Shown here: one piece after another, positions 1 to 10,113 of the stretch | How the letters are laid out: each line of letters begins with the position of its first letter | Numbering within the stretch: the stretch's first letter is position 1 | NCBI GenBank assembly: GCA_002269645.1 | Contig: NIVC01003222.1 | Location: 1 to 24,502 of the forward strand | Length of the DNA: 24,502 bases | From: Macrostomum lignano | Taxonomy: Eukaryota | Direction of reading: 5' to 3' | Position numbers and translations under genes: made by a program | The notes under the pieces: generated by a model | The model's input: the letters and a program-made list of their open reading frames with translations, nothing else | The model's database searches: none | What the model was told of the DNA's origin: nothing

Positions 1-410
1 TTTTGCTGAAGTTAAAAGACTTGGGGAAAAGAGGTGACAAAGCTAAATGATCGTATTAGTACGCACTTTAAATTTATTTGCTTTTTTGCAGAAAAAATGC
101 CAATTGCAATTTGATTCTTATTAGCAAATTGAATAGTCATATTCATGCAGTGCTACTTGAAGTAGTTAGACAAGCCGAATTGGAGCGGAATATAGGAAAA
201 TATAAACTTTTATTATAGTGGTGTTCGCTTTATTACGGATGCAAATAGATCGTACAAGTATTGACAAACTTTTGAATTGATTTAATAGTACATAGCTTTG
301 CTGAAAATATAAAAGTACACAGGGAGTCGTTGGTACCCAAGGCAACTTAAGTCGCGTAGTTATGGTAGGGCGGTAGATAAGGAAGCAATTTTCTGTTCAC
401 TATAGGTAGC

Positions 411-601
411 GGTATCCAAGGTAAACACACCCGTTGCTATGCAGAGTGTTTAAGCTTCACGGAAAATCCGCAAAACTACCGGTATCCAAGGTAAACACAC
501 CCGTTGCTATGCAGAGTATTTAAGCTACACGGAAAATCCGATAAACTGCCGGTATCCAAGGTAAACACTCCCGGTATCCAAGGTAAACACACCCGTTGCT
601 A
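411..601. repeat. 70-bp tandem repeat (2 full plus 2 partial copies) downstream of the PSMD4 stop
   Basis: GGTATCCAAGGTAAACAC starts at 411, 481, 551 and 573. Confidence 0.9.
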
Positions 602-742
602 GGTAGCCATATCTTAATAGTTTCTCCTAAGAATAACAAAAGAGGCGCGCAGTTAATTAATAAGAGCCGAAAACAAACCAACGAGTTTTTAGTCAGGCAG
701 TAATAGGTAAGGATTAATAAAGCAGGTAATAAAATTAATGAA

Positions 743-1179
743 TCAAGCGGCTCCGCTGCCGCCGCCGCCGCTGCCGCCCTCATTGCCGCCGTCTTTGTCG
801 CGCTTCCTATTGCGCAGGGCGGCTTGAACTTCGGCGGATTTCGGGTCCACGCCCGGCAGGCCTTGGAGCACGCTTTCCAGGAATTCCGGGTCCTCGAGGG
901 CCTCGTCGTCATCGGCGGCTGCCGAGCCGGATTTGAGATCTTCGGACGGGTCGACTTTGATTTTCTTGCTGGGCGGATCGAGGCGGCCTTCGCTAGACGA
1001 GCCAGAAGCGGCGCCAGAAGCGGCGCCGGCGCCGCCCGCAGCGGCGGCCGCGGCACTGGCAGTTGGCGCCGGGGTCTCGGCGCCAAGCTCGGGTTGGAGG
1101 GACATGCGCAGTGCCATCGCGATTTGCTCATCTTCAGTCATGCTGGCCAGCATGTCGATGTCCGTGTCCATGGAGACGC
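743..1179 (-). CDS. PSMD4: Rpn10 exon 5 (UIM2 and C-terminal UBE3A-AZUL-binding-like motif, stop)
   Basis: Acceptor TTCGCAG|GC (phase 1); SMTEDEQIAMALRMSL is UIM2; LEDPEFLESVLQGLPGVDP matches the human DPEFLQSVLENLPGVDP segment; TGA at 745-743. Confidence 0.92.
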
Positions 1180-1202
1180 CTGCGAAGGCGGCAGGTTTAA
1201 CC

Positions 1203-1571
1203 GAGTCACTCCTAACCCTCAGAGAGTCACTTCTAATCATCAGAGAGTCACTCCTAATCATCATCACAGTCACTCCTAATCCTCATCACAGTCACTCCTA
1301 ATCCTCATCACAGTCACTCCTAATCCTCATCACAGTCACTCCTTCACTCCTAATCCTCATCACAGTCACTCCTTCACTCCTAATCCTCATCACAGTCACT
1401 TCTTCACTCCTAATCCTCATCACAGTCACTCCTTCACTCCTAATCCTCATCACAGTCACTCCTAATCTCAGTAGAGTCACTCCTAATCGCCAGAGAGTCA
1501 CTCCTAATCCTCAGAGAGTCACTCCTAATCCTAAGCAGAGTCACTCCTAATTCTTATCAGAGTGACTCCTA
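1203..1571. repeat. 22-bp minisatellite (30-bp variants) in PSMD4 intron 4
   Basis: Unit CACTCCTAATCCTCATCACAGT; variants carry an extra CACTCCTT. Confidence 0.95.
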
Positions 1572-1691
1572 GAAGCTACTTTTAGAGGGCCAGTTTCGTG
1601 GCAATTTGAACCAATTAAAAGGCATTTATTAGCTACTGATAGTAGGCATACAGAGAGTTTTACAATACAGATTAACAAAACAGTTTCTAAC

Positions 1692-1988
1692 CAGTATCAG
1701 CGCCACCCATAACCCTAGCCAGCATCGCTCCTCGGCGTTGCGCGGCGCTTCGCTGCCAGCGCCGGTGCCGGCGCCAGTCGAGGCGGCCACAACACCGCCG
1801 GCTAGGCTGCCGGAGCCCTCCTGATTGGCGTTTTGCTGCTCCTGCCTGGCCCGCTGCTCCTCCATGGAGACGCGCAGAGCCAGTGCCAGCTCCGGGTCGT
1901 CCTGGGCGTCGACGCCGAAGTCGTAGCCGCCGCCGTAGCCCGGCGGCAGCGAGCCGGCGCCGTCTTCGCCGACAACGATTGGGCTTAC
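1692..1988 (-). CDS. PSMD4: Rpn10 exon 4 (UIM1; apparent 1-nt frameshift near 1728)
   Basis: Acceptor CTCAG|GTAAGC; [10 protein letters not shown]...[24 protein letters not shown] is UIM1. Donor G|GTTAGA at 1691 fits exon 5 only if one base is added near 1728, which restores [10 protein letters not shown]. The 3' boundary is less certain. Confidence 0.85.
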
Positions 1989-2001
1989 CTGAGGGATTGA
2001 A

Positions 2002-2640
2002 GGGGCGATTCTTATGATAGTCAGAGGGCGATTCTTATGAGTCAGGGGCCGATTCTCGTGAGTCAGGGCGATTCTCGTGAGTCAGGGCGATTCTCGTGAG
2101 AGTCAGGGCGATTCTTGTGAGAGTCAGGGGCCGATTCCCGTGAGAGTAAGGGCGATTCTCGTTGGATTCAGAGGGTGATTCTCGTGAGAGTAAGGGAGAT
2201 TCTCGTTAGATTCAGAGGGTGATTCTCGTGAGAGTAAGGGAGATTCTCGTTAGATTCAGAGGGTGATTCTCGTGAGAGTCAGAGGGCGATTCTCGTTGGA
2301 TTCAGAGGGTGATTCTCGTGAGAGTCAGAGGGCGATTCTCGTTAGATTCAGAGGGTGATTCTCGTGAGAGTCAGAGGGCGATTCTCGTTGGATTCAGAGG
2401 GTGATTCTCGTGAGAGTCAGAGGGCGATTCTCGTTGGATTCAGAGGTTGATTCTCGTGAGAGTCAGAGGGCGATTCTCGTTAGATTCAGAGGGTGATTCT
2501 CGTTAGATTCAGAGGGTGATTCTCGTCAGAGTCATAGGGCGATTCTCATGAGTGTCAGAGGGTGATTCTCATGAGTCACAGGGAGATTCCAGTGAGAGTC
2601 AGAGGGCGATTTTTATGGAAGTCAGGGGGGGGCGTTTCTC
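2002..2640. repeat. ~23-bp minisatellite, acceptor-proximal half of PSMD4 intron 3
   Basis: Units GAGGGCGATTCTCGTGAGAGTCA and GAGGGTGATTCTCGTTRGATTCA, largely alternating. Confidence 0.95.
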
Positions 2641-3156
2641 CTGAGAGTGAGAGAGATTCTCATGGGAGTGAGAGAGATATTCTCCGGAGTGAGAGAGAGA
2701 TTCTCATGGGAGTGAGAGAGATTCTCATGGGAGTGAGAGAGATTCTCATGGGAGTGAGAGAGAGATTCTCATGGGAGTGAGAGAGAGATTCTCATGGGAG
2801 TGAGAGAGAGATTCTCATGGGAGTGAGAGAGATTCTCATGGGAGTGAGAGAGATTCTCATGGGAGTGAGAGAGAGATTCTCATGGGAGTGAGAGAGAGAG
2901 AGAGATTCTCATGGGAGTGAGAGAGATTCTCATGGGAGTGAGAGAGATTCTCATGGGAGTGAGAGAGATTCTCATGGGAGTGAGAGAGAGATTCTCATGG
3001 GAGTGAGAGAGAGATTCTCCTGAGAGTGAGAGAGATTCTCATGGGAGTGAGAGAGAGATTCTCCTGAGTGAGAGAGAGATTCTCATGGGAGTGAGAGAGA
3101 TTCTCATGGGAGTGAGAGAGATTCTCATGGGAGTGAGAGAGATTCTCATGGGAGTC
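2641..3156. repeat. 21-27-bp minisatellite, donor-proximal half of PSMD4 intron 3
   Basis: Unit GAGAGAGATTCTCATGGGAGT with a variable number of GA dinucleotides. Confidence 0.95.
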
Positions 3157-3198
3157 ACAAGGCGGTTCAAATGAACCCAGTAACAGTCGGTCCCTCAC

Positions 3199-3384
3199 CA
3201 TCAGGCTATCGTGAAGCATAGATCCGGCCGTAACGGTAACCAGATGAGAGCCGGTGCCGTCTTTGCCATTCACAGCATCCAGCATGGCGGTCAGTTTGGT
3301 CTGGTTGGCCTCCTCCTCGCCAAAGTTGACCACGTCTAGACTGACATTCTCCTTTTTAAGCCGTTTGCCCAGGCGAATCAGATC
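3199..3384 (-). CDS. PSMD4: Rpn10 exon 3 (end of vWA domain)
   Basis: Acceptor CCAG|GAT; [51 protein letters not shown] matches Rpn10; donor ATG|GTGAGG. 186 nt, phases 0/0. Confidence 0.95.
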
Positions 3385-3440
3385 CTGGTAACATAAGTTA
3401 TGAATGAAATTCTCAATTAATTAAACTATAGGGATAACTA

Positions 3441-3655
3441 GGGATAACTATCAATACAATATCCCTAATTGGGATAACTATCAATACAATATCCCTAATT
3501 GGGATAAATATAAATAAAATATCCCTAATTGGGATAACTATCAATACAATATCCCTAATTGGGATAACTATCAATACAATATCCCCAATTGGGATAACTA
3601 TCAATACAATATCCCCAATTGGGATACATATCAATAAAATATCCCTAATTGGTAT
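3441..3655. repeat. 30-bp minisatellite, 7 copies, PSMD4 intron 2
   Basis: ATCCCYAATTGG at 3461, 3491, 3521, 3551, 3581, 3611 and 3641. Confidence 0.95.
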
Positions 3656-3677
3656 CAAAGCCCAAAATTGAGCTAAC

Positions 3678-3896
3678 CTTCTCGTCCTCGGCAATAGGCG
3701 AGCCAACGAAGGCCACAATGCGCATTCGCTGATTTCGACTCTGCCTGTGTCGCAGGGCCAAGTGAGCGATGCGAATCGATGTACTAAACTGGATGCTGCC
3801 CCGGGGCTGCACAGACTGCAGCCGGGACATGACCTTCTGGGCGTCCGGGGACAGAGTCACCAGCACTTCGGCGCCAGCCATGCAGATTAAACCGAC
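3678..3896 (-). CDS. PSMD4: Rpn10 exon 2 (vWA domain)
   Basis: Acceptor TTAG|GTC; [18 protein letters not shown]...[33 protein letters not shown]; donor AAG|GTTAGC. 219 nt, phases 0/0. Confidence 0.95.
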
Positions 3897-3923
3897 CTAA
3901 CAGGATTGAATAAATAATAAAAA

Positions 3924-4010
3924 TTTCGATACATATCGGCAACTGAACTCAACTTAACTTTTTCCTTGTAAATGAAAGCTGTTAAAGTTAACTTTCGATA
4001 CATATCGGCA
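3924..4010. repeat. 18-bp perfect direct repeat in PSMD4 intron 1
   Basis: TTTCGATACATATCGGCA at 3924-3941 and 3993-4010. Confidence 0.9.
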
Positions 4011-4078
4011 CTAGCAATTAACCAATAAAACCAATGAACAAACGCACACCGACATGCATGTACGCGATATTTTCTTAC

Positions 4079-4219
4079 CGTATTCTCAGCGTTGGACTTC
4101 TTAGAATGGCAAACCAAACTGACAGCGTCCTGCTGGGCCAGCAGTCTTGTGGGCACAAAATCGCCATTCCGAGCGTAATCGGAATTGTCTACGCAGATCA
4201 CGGTGGCTTCGAGTACCAT
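4079..4219 (-). CDS. PSMD4: 26S proteasome ubiquitin receptor Rpn10/S5a, coding exon 1 (47 codons, start of vWA domain)
   Basis: ATG at 4219; [40 protein letters not shown] matches the conserved Rpn10 N-terminus (human [26 protein letters not shown]). Donor ACG|GTAAGA, phase 0. Confidence 0.96.
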
Positions 4220-4230
4220 GCTGTATGATA
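4220..4230 (-). promoter_or_regulatory. 3' splice acceptor 1 nt upstream of the PSMD4 ATG (5'UTR cis-intron or trans-splice site)
   Basis: Minus strand reads TATCATACAG|C ATG, preceded by an AT-rich region. Confidence 0.5.
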
Positions 4231-5220
4231 TTATTATCAATCAGTCTAATTCTTTGTAGCCGAAAAAGAGAAAAGCAGAAATATTTACAAAAAAAGTTTG
4301 TTTTTACTGCTAGCATTGTCAACCTACTGTAAGTAGAAATAATAAAATGTAGGAAACTTTTTGTTTGCGCAACTAATCTACTATAAGCAATATACGAATA
4401 AAAAGAAAAATAAATAATAAACACAGAAAGGAAAGTAAATATTGATTTTAATAAAAATGTTATATTTAGTAATATAGATTTACAGCGGAAGCTTTAATAG
4501 TAAAAGAAAAAAGGAGTAGCATATCAAAACAAATATTACCAAAAATGAGTAAATCAATAAAAACTTTTAGTTACTCGTGTACCAAACAAAAAGTACAATA
4601 TTTCTGTAGTACATCGTGAACTCTCAATGTAACAAAACTTCTAGCATGAAGGTTTGTATTAACTGGGCAGCATTGCAAATGAAACAAATTATACATACCA
4701 TTCCAATAAATTTGAATTCATTTGCAATGCTGACATCAAGCAATGTGAATAATGATTTGTACTTGAATAAATGAGCTATACTAGCTAGAGTAGGACTAAA
4801 ATAGCTATGGCGATTGTCCAACGAAATAGGCTACAGCGCGTTTTACACTAACACAATAAATACTTATATATAATATATATACAGAAGGAAGATCGTGCAG
4901 TCTGAATAGATTGATAAATTAAAAAAGAATCGAAAATGGGTTGAATCAGAACACTATAAAAAATTATAGCCATATTTAGGCATCATTGTGGCGTTTCAAT
5001 TTTTTTAGATCTATAAATGACGGAAAGAAACACAAAAATCGGTAACTAAAAAAAACAATTTTCAAAAAAGCTGAAAAAAGGCCAGCGAAAAGGCAAGCAA
5101 GCTCAGAAAAAGTTACTTTTTTTAAGTTTAAAGAAAAAACTAAAGTTATTCTAAACTTCTAACAGTAGTTCGGCGTCTTCTATATCCGAAAAAAATTGAA
5201 CACGTTTAGTTAGAGAAGAG

Positions 5221-5598
5221 TATATCTAGCGTAAGAGGGACCAAACGGGGGTTGGCGATGGCAGGCCGCGTGTACATCTAGGGTAAGAGGAGCCAAATAG
5301 GGGTTGGCAGGGGTAGGCCGCGTGTACATCTAGGGTAAGAGGGGCCAAATGGGGGTTGGCAGGGGCAGGCCGCGTGTACATCTAGGGTAAGAGTGGCCCA
5401 ATGGGGGTTGGCGATGGCAGGCCGCGTGTTCATCTAGGGTAAGAGGAGCCAAATGGGGGTTGGCGGGGCCAGACCGTGTGTACATCTAGGGTAAGAGGAG
5501 CCAAATGGGGGTTGGCGGGGGCAGGCCGTGTGTACATCTAGGGCCAGAGGAGCCAAATGGGGGTTGGCGGGGGCAGGCCGCGTGTACATCTAGGGTGA
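5221..5598. repeat. 52-bp G-rich minisatellite, 7 copies, between the two genes
   Basis: CTAG anchor at 5226, 5278, 5330, 5382, 5434, 5486, 5538, 5590; unit AGGGTAAGAGGAGCCAAATGGGGGTTGGCGGGGGCAGGCCGCGTGTACATCT. Confidence 0.95.
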
Positions 5599-6381
5599 GA
5601 GTTTCGTACAGAATGGTTGAGTGTACATCAAGTAAAATGTCGAGCACAACGTACAAAAAAAATATAGTAATCCAACCTAAAAAACATCAGAAAAAGCACG
5701 ACAAAAGCTGGCTAAAGTCCAATAAAATCGTTATTATCACTCTCAAAGGTGAAAATTATCAATTAGTAAATAGCATGCAAGATTAGTTAGTAGCCCTTCG
5801 GCTCTGTATAAGCAAGCGTAGTACCAAATGTCAAGGAAGAAAAGGAATACAATGCAATGCATTAAATAATTTCGGATTAATTAACGAATAGAAAAACAAT
5901 CACAGATTAATAAATTGATGCGTGTGTAAACTGCAACACAAAGGAACAATTTGTATTAATAAAAATCGATTTAATTGAAGGTACTATAATGGTGTAAAAC
6001 TAAAATTAGTACAAATTCATCAATAAAAATTCACAGCTACAATCTATGACGAACTAGAGCAGTAAGGCGGAGAGCGGCAAAGCAACACAGCAGATCTGCA
6101 TGTAGGAGACAGGGCGGGGGCCCGCCAAGGTGGAAGGGCGGACAGTTAAAGAAAGAAATGGCAAAGAGAAAGCATTTAAATTGCAGCTGAAATTGCATTG
6201 AGAGGCCAGACGTAATTGATAAAAATTTTCACAGCAAATCAGGAAGAAATTTATAATATTATAAATAGTCGCGGACACCGATTGACTTGGATGACAGTGT
6301 TCGGAGTACAAGTAAGAGCGGGTCACTGGCAAAGTAGGCGAAATATGGCAACGTACAATCGGACGGGAAGGGAGGCATGTT

Positions 6382-6455
<74 letters not shown>

Positions 6456-6468
6456 AAGACAGGCAGGC

Positions 6469-6549
<81 letters not shown>

Positions 6550-6602
6550 CAGACAGGCAGACAGACAGACAGGCAGAAAGACAGGCAGGCAGACAGACAG
6601 GC

Positions 6603-6633
<31 letters not shown>

Positions 6634-7086
6634 CAGACAGGCAGACAGACAGACAGGCAGAAAGACAGGCAGGCAGACAGACAGACAGAAAGACAGACAG
6701 ACAGACAGACAGACAGAAAGACAGGCAGGCAGACAGACAGGCAGAAAGACAGGCAGGCAGACAGACAGGCAGAGACAGACAGACAGACAGACAGAAAGAC
6801 AGGCAGGCAGACAGACAGGCAGAGACAGACAGACAGACAGACAGAAAGACAGACAGACAGACAGACAGACAGAAAGACAGGCAGACAGACAGACAGACAG
6901 AAAGACAGGCAGGCAGACAGACAGGCAGAAAGACAGGCAGGCAGACAGACAGGCAGAGACAGACAGACAGACAGACAGAAAGACAGGCAGGCAGACAGAC
7001 AGGCAGAGACAGACAGACAGACAGACAGAAAGACAGGCAGGCAGACAGACAGGCAGAGACAGACAGACAGACAGACACAGACAGGC

Positions 7087-7129
<43 letters not shown>

Positions 7130-7500
7130 TAGACACAGACAGACAGACAGACAGACAGGCAGACAGACAGGCAGGCAGACAGACAGACAGACAGACAGAC
7201 ACAGACAGGCAGACAGACAGGCAGAGACAGACAGACAGACACAGACAGGCAGACAGACAGACAGACAGACAGATAGACACAGACAGACAGACAGACACAG
7301 ACAGGCAGACAGACAGGCAGGCAGGCAGACAGACAGACAGACACAGACAGACAGACAGACAGACAGGAAGGCAGACAGACAGGAAGGCAGACAGACAGGC
7401 AGACACAGACAGACAGACAGACGGACAGACACAGACAGGCAGACACAGACAGACAGACAGACGGACAGACACAGACAGACAGATAGACAGACAGATAGAC

Positions 7501-7531
<31 letters not shown>

Positions 7532-7539
7532 GGCAGACA
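6382..7539. repeat. ~1.15-kb compound (GACA)n microsatellite
   Basis: GACA tetramers interspersed with GGCA, GAAA, GATA and GA/CA slips. Confidence 0.98.
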
Positions 7540-7670
7540 AGCCAAGGCCAGAGAAAGACACACAGCAGAAAGACACGCCACCCAATGGCAGGATCAGCCC
7601 ACAGCACAGTAGTGCACACAAATAAACAAACAATGAACCGACAGTTCAATGCTAAGCCAGTTCATCAAAA

Positions 7671-8474
7671 TCAACCGGAACTGGCCACTTGCGCAGTCGT
7701 GACTGCGGACGCGTCGGCGTCAAGGACATCTTGACGTTTCTCTCCAACTTCGACAACCTGTCCAGTGTCATCAGCACCATCATCAGCGGCATCAGAAGGC
7801 TCGCATTCGCAATCGCCGGAAGTGCTGCGCCGCCTAGCCGGAAGTGGCACATCCCCGGCCGACAGCATTCGCTGAATCCAGCATCGCTCAGTAGCCGCCT
7901 CAGCGTCATCATAATTATCCTTATTGTCTTTATCAGCCCAAGGAAACTGCGCCGCTAGCTGGGCGGCGAACTCCTCATCCGGTAGGTAATCCTCGGGGAA
8001 CTCCGTGCAGGGCGGCATCACCAGCGGCCGTCCCGTGGCCCGGTCGCGCAGACAGGTGCACGGCTGCCTGCCGCGGTGCCGCATCTCGTAGCGAATCTCG
8101 GCCTCGCCAACCCGGCCAGGCGGGTAGCGCAGCCGCTGCTGCAGGAAATACGGATAGGGAATCTGGTGCTGCAGGTGCAGAAACCACAGCATGAAGGCGC
8201 TGATGCCGCACTCTTTAGCTGACTGTTCGCGGCAGTGATAGCAGCGGGAGATCAGGTAGGGCGGCAGGTAGGATTTGTTTAAATAATCGTTTCGATCGTG
8301 CCAACGGCAATGGCGGTAGCGCCGGCAGTCGTGGGAGCAGCCCCAGTGGATTGGGTTCGGCGGCACCTCCGGTCTGGGCGCTACGGACAGCACCAGGCCG
8401 GAGCTGCGCTGGCTGCCTGCGGCGGCAGATACGGCAGCGACAGCGTCGACACCCGACTCGCCATCCGACATGAC
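7671..8474 (-). CDS. NRBP-like exon 10 (terminal; Cys/His/aromatic-rich segment and acidic tail)
   Basis: Acceptor CCATTCAG|GTC; 267 open codons to TGA at 7673-7671; GC-rich coding-like composition. Confidence 0.68.
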   Translation of the reverse strand, partial: VMSDGESGVDAVAAVSAAAGSQRSSGLVLSVAPRPEVPPNPIHWGCSHDCRRYRHCRWHDRNDYLNKSYLPPYLISRCYHCREQSAKECGISAFMLWFLHLQHQIPYPYFLQQRLRYPPGRVGEAEIRYEMRHRGRQPCTCLRDRATGRPLVMPPCTEFPEDYLPDEEFAAQLAAQFPWADKDNKDNYDDAEAATERCWIQRMLSAGDVPLPARRRSTSGDCECEPSDAADDGADDTGQVVEVGEKRQDVLDADASAVTTAQVASSG

Positions 8475-8500
8475 CTGAATGGGAGCGAAGTTGAAAGATA

Positions 8501-9122
8501 TGGAAAATTCCACTGGTCCCAAAGCCAAGAGAAATGGAAAATTCCACTGACCCCAAAGCCAAGAGAAATGGAAAATTCCACTGACCCCAAACCAAGAGAA
8601 TTGGAAAATTCCACTGACCCAAACCCAAGAGAATTGGAAAATTCCACTGACCCCAAACCCAAGAGAATTGGAAAATTCCACTGACCCCAAAACCAAGAGA
8701 AATGGAAAATTCCACTGACCCCAAAGCCAAGAGAAATGGAAAATTCCACTGACCTCAAAACAAAGAGAAATGGAAAATTCCACTGACCTCAAAACCAAGA
8801 GAAATGGAAAATTCCACTGACCTCAAAACCAAGAGAAATGGAAAATTCCACTGACCTCAAAACCAAGAGAATTGGAAAATTCCACTGACCCCAAAACCAA
8901 GAGAAATGGAAAATTCCACTGACCCCAAAGCCAAGAGAAATGGAAAATTCCACTGACCTCAAAACAAAGAGAAATGGAAAAATTCCACTGACCTCAAAAC
9001 CAAGAGAAATGGAAAATTCCACTGACCTCAAAACCAAGAGAAATGGAAAATTCCACTGACCTCAAAGCCAAGAGAAATGGAAAATTCCACTGACCCCAAA
9101 GCCAAGAGAATTGGAAAATTCC
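8501..9122. repeat. ~34-bp minisatellite, 19 cores, NRBP intron 9
   Basis: Unit GAGAAATGGAAAATTCCACTGACCYCAAAACCAA. Confidence 0.97.
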
Positions 9123-9145
9123 ATCAAAACGACAAAAAAACTCAC

Positions 9146-9553
9146 CCCTCTATTCGATGACGCGGAACGACGCTCGTCCGTGGACTCCGACGCAGCTGCC
9201 GCTGTGGCCAATCCACCAGCAACCTCTTCGTTTGCAGCAGGCGGCGGCGCTTCAGCCGTAGCAGCGGCCGCTCCGGTGAAGTCGGCAGCCTCAGGCGGTT
9301 CGCTGTCAGCTCGAGATCGCTGCTTCCGTCTGCTTCGCTGCTGCCGCATCAGCTGACTGTGGGAATGCTGCTGCTGCTGATGGAGCTGCTGCTGCGCCTG
9401 GCCGCCAGCTCCGGGATAAAAATCCTGCGGATATTTGCGAAATCTTTCCCGCTCTCTGGCGGCCGACAAATCGAACAGGCGATCTTTGAGCTGCTGCAAC
9501 TCCTGCCGGTCTGTCTCCCAGTCCACGGCTGCTGAGCTCTCCGGCTGGACCGC
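9146..9553 (-). CDS. NRBP-like exon 9 (charged helix/coiled-coil, then Q/A-rich)
   Basis: Acceptor ATCGCAG|GCG; AVQPESSAAVDWETDRQELQQLKDRLFDL...; donor GGG|GTGAGT; 408 nt, phases 0/0. Confidence 0.7.
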
Positions 9554-9572
9554 CTGCGATAGGGCGATATGC

Positions 9573-10113
9573 GATACTCCAGTGTGACAGGCAGATACTC
9601 CAGTATAACAGGGAGATACTCCAGTCTAACAGGGAGACACTCGAGTCTAACAGGGAGATACTCGAGTCTAACAGGGAGACACTCGAGTCTAACAGGGAGA
9701 CACTCGAGTCTAACAGGGAGACACTCGAGTCTAACAGGGAGATACTCGAGTCTAACAGGGAGATACTCGAGTCTAACAGGGAGACACTCGAGTCTAACAG
9801 GGAGACACTCGAGTCTAACAGGGAGACACTCGAGTCTAACAGGGAGATACTCGAGTCTGACAGGGAGACACTCGAGTCTAACAGGGAGACACTCGAGTCT
9901 AACAGGGAGACACTCGAGTCTAACAGGGAGACACTCGAGTCTAACAGGGAGATACTCGAGTCTGACAGGGAGACACTCGAGTCTAACAGGGAGACACTCG
10001 AGTCTAACAGGGAGACACTCGAGTCTAACATGGAGACACTCGAGTCTAACAGGGAGACACTCGAGTCTAACAGGGAGACACTCGAGTCAAACAGGGAGAC
10101 ACTCGAGTCTAAC
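9573..10113. repeat. 21-bp minisatellite, ~25 copies, NRBP intron 8
   Basis: Unit AACAGGGAGAYACTCGAGTCT, degenerating toward the acceptor. Confidence 0.97.

Noticed and set aside
520-1301. Alternative-frame and antisense ORFs over PSMD4 exon 5 (also 15867-16397, 20001-20591, 11125-11556, 7689-7958)
   Set aside because: Shadow ORFs of GC-rich coding exons; the homologous frame is already assigned.
1203-1571. Telomere-like TTAGG/CCTAA motif in the PSMD4 intron 4 array
   Set aside because: It occurs once per 22-bp unit, not in tandem, and lies inside an intron.
6054-7649. Long ORFs of 251-531 aa (CLSV... and TDRQ... repeats) on both strands
   Set aside because: They are translations of the (GACA)n microsatellite, which lacks stop codons in most frames; there is no protein-like complexity.
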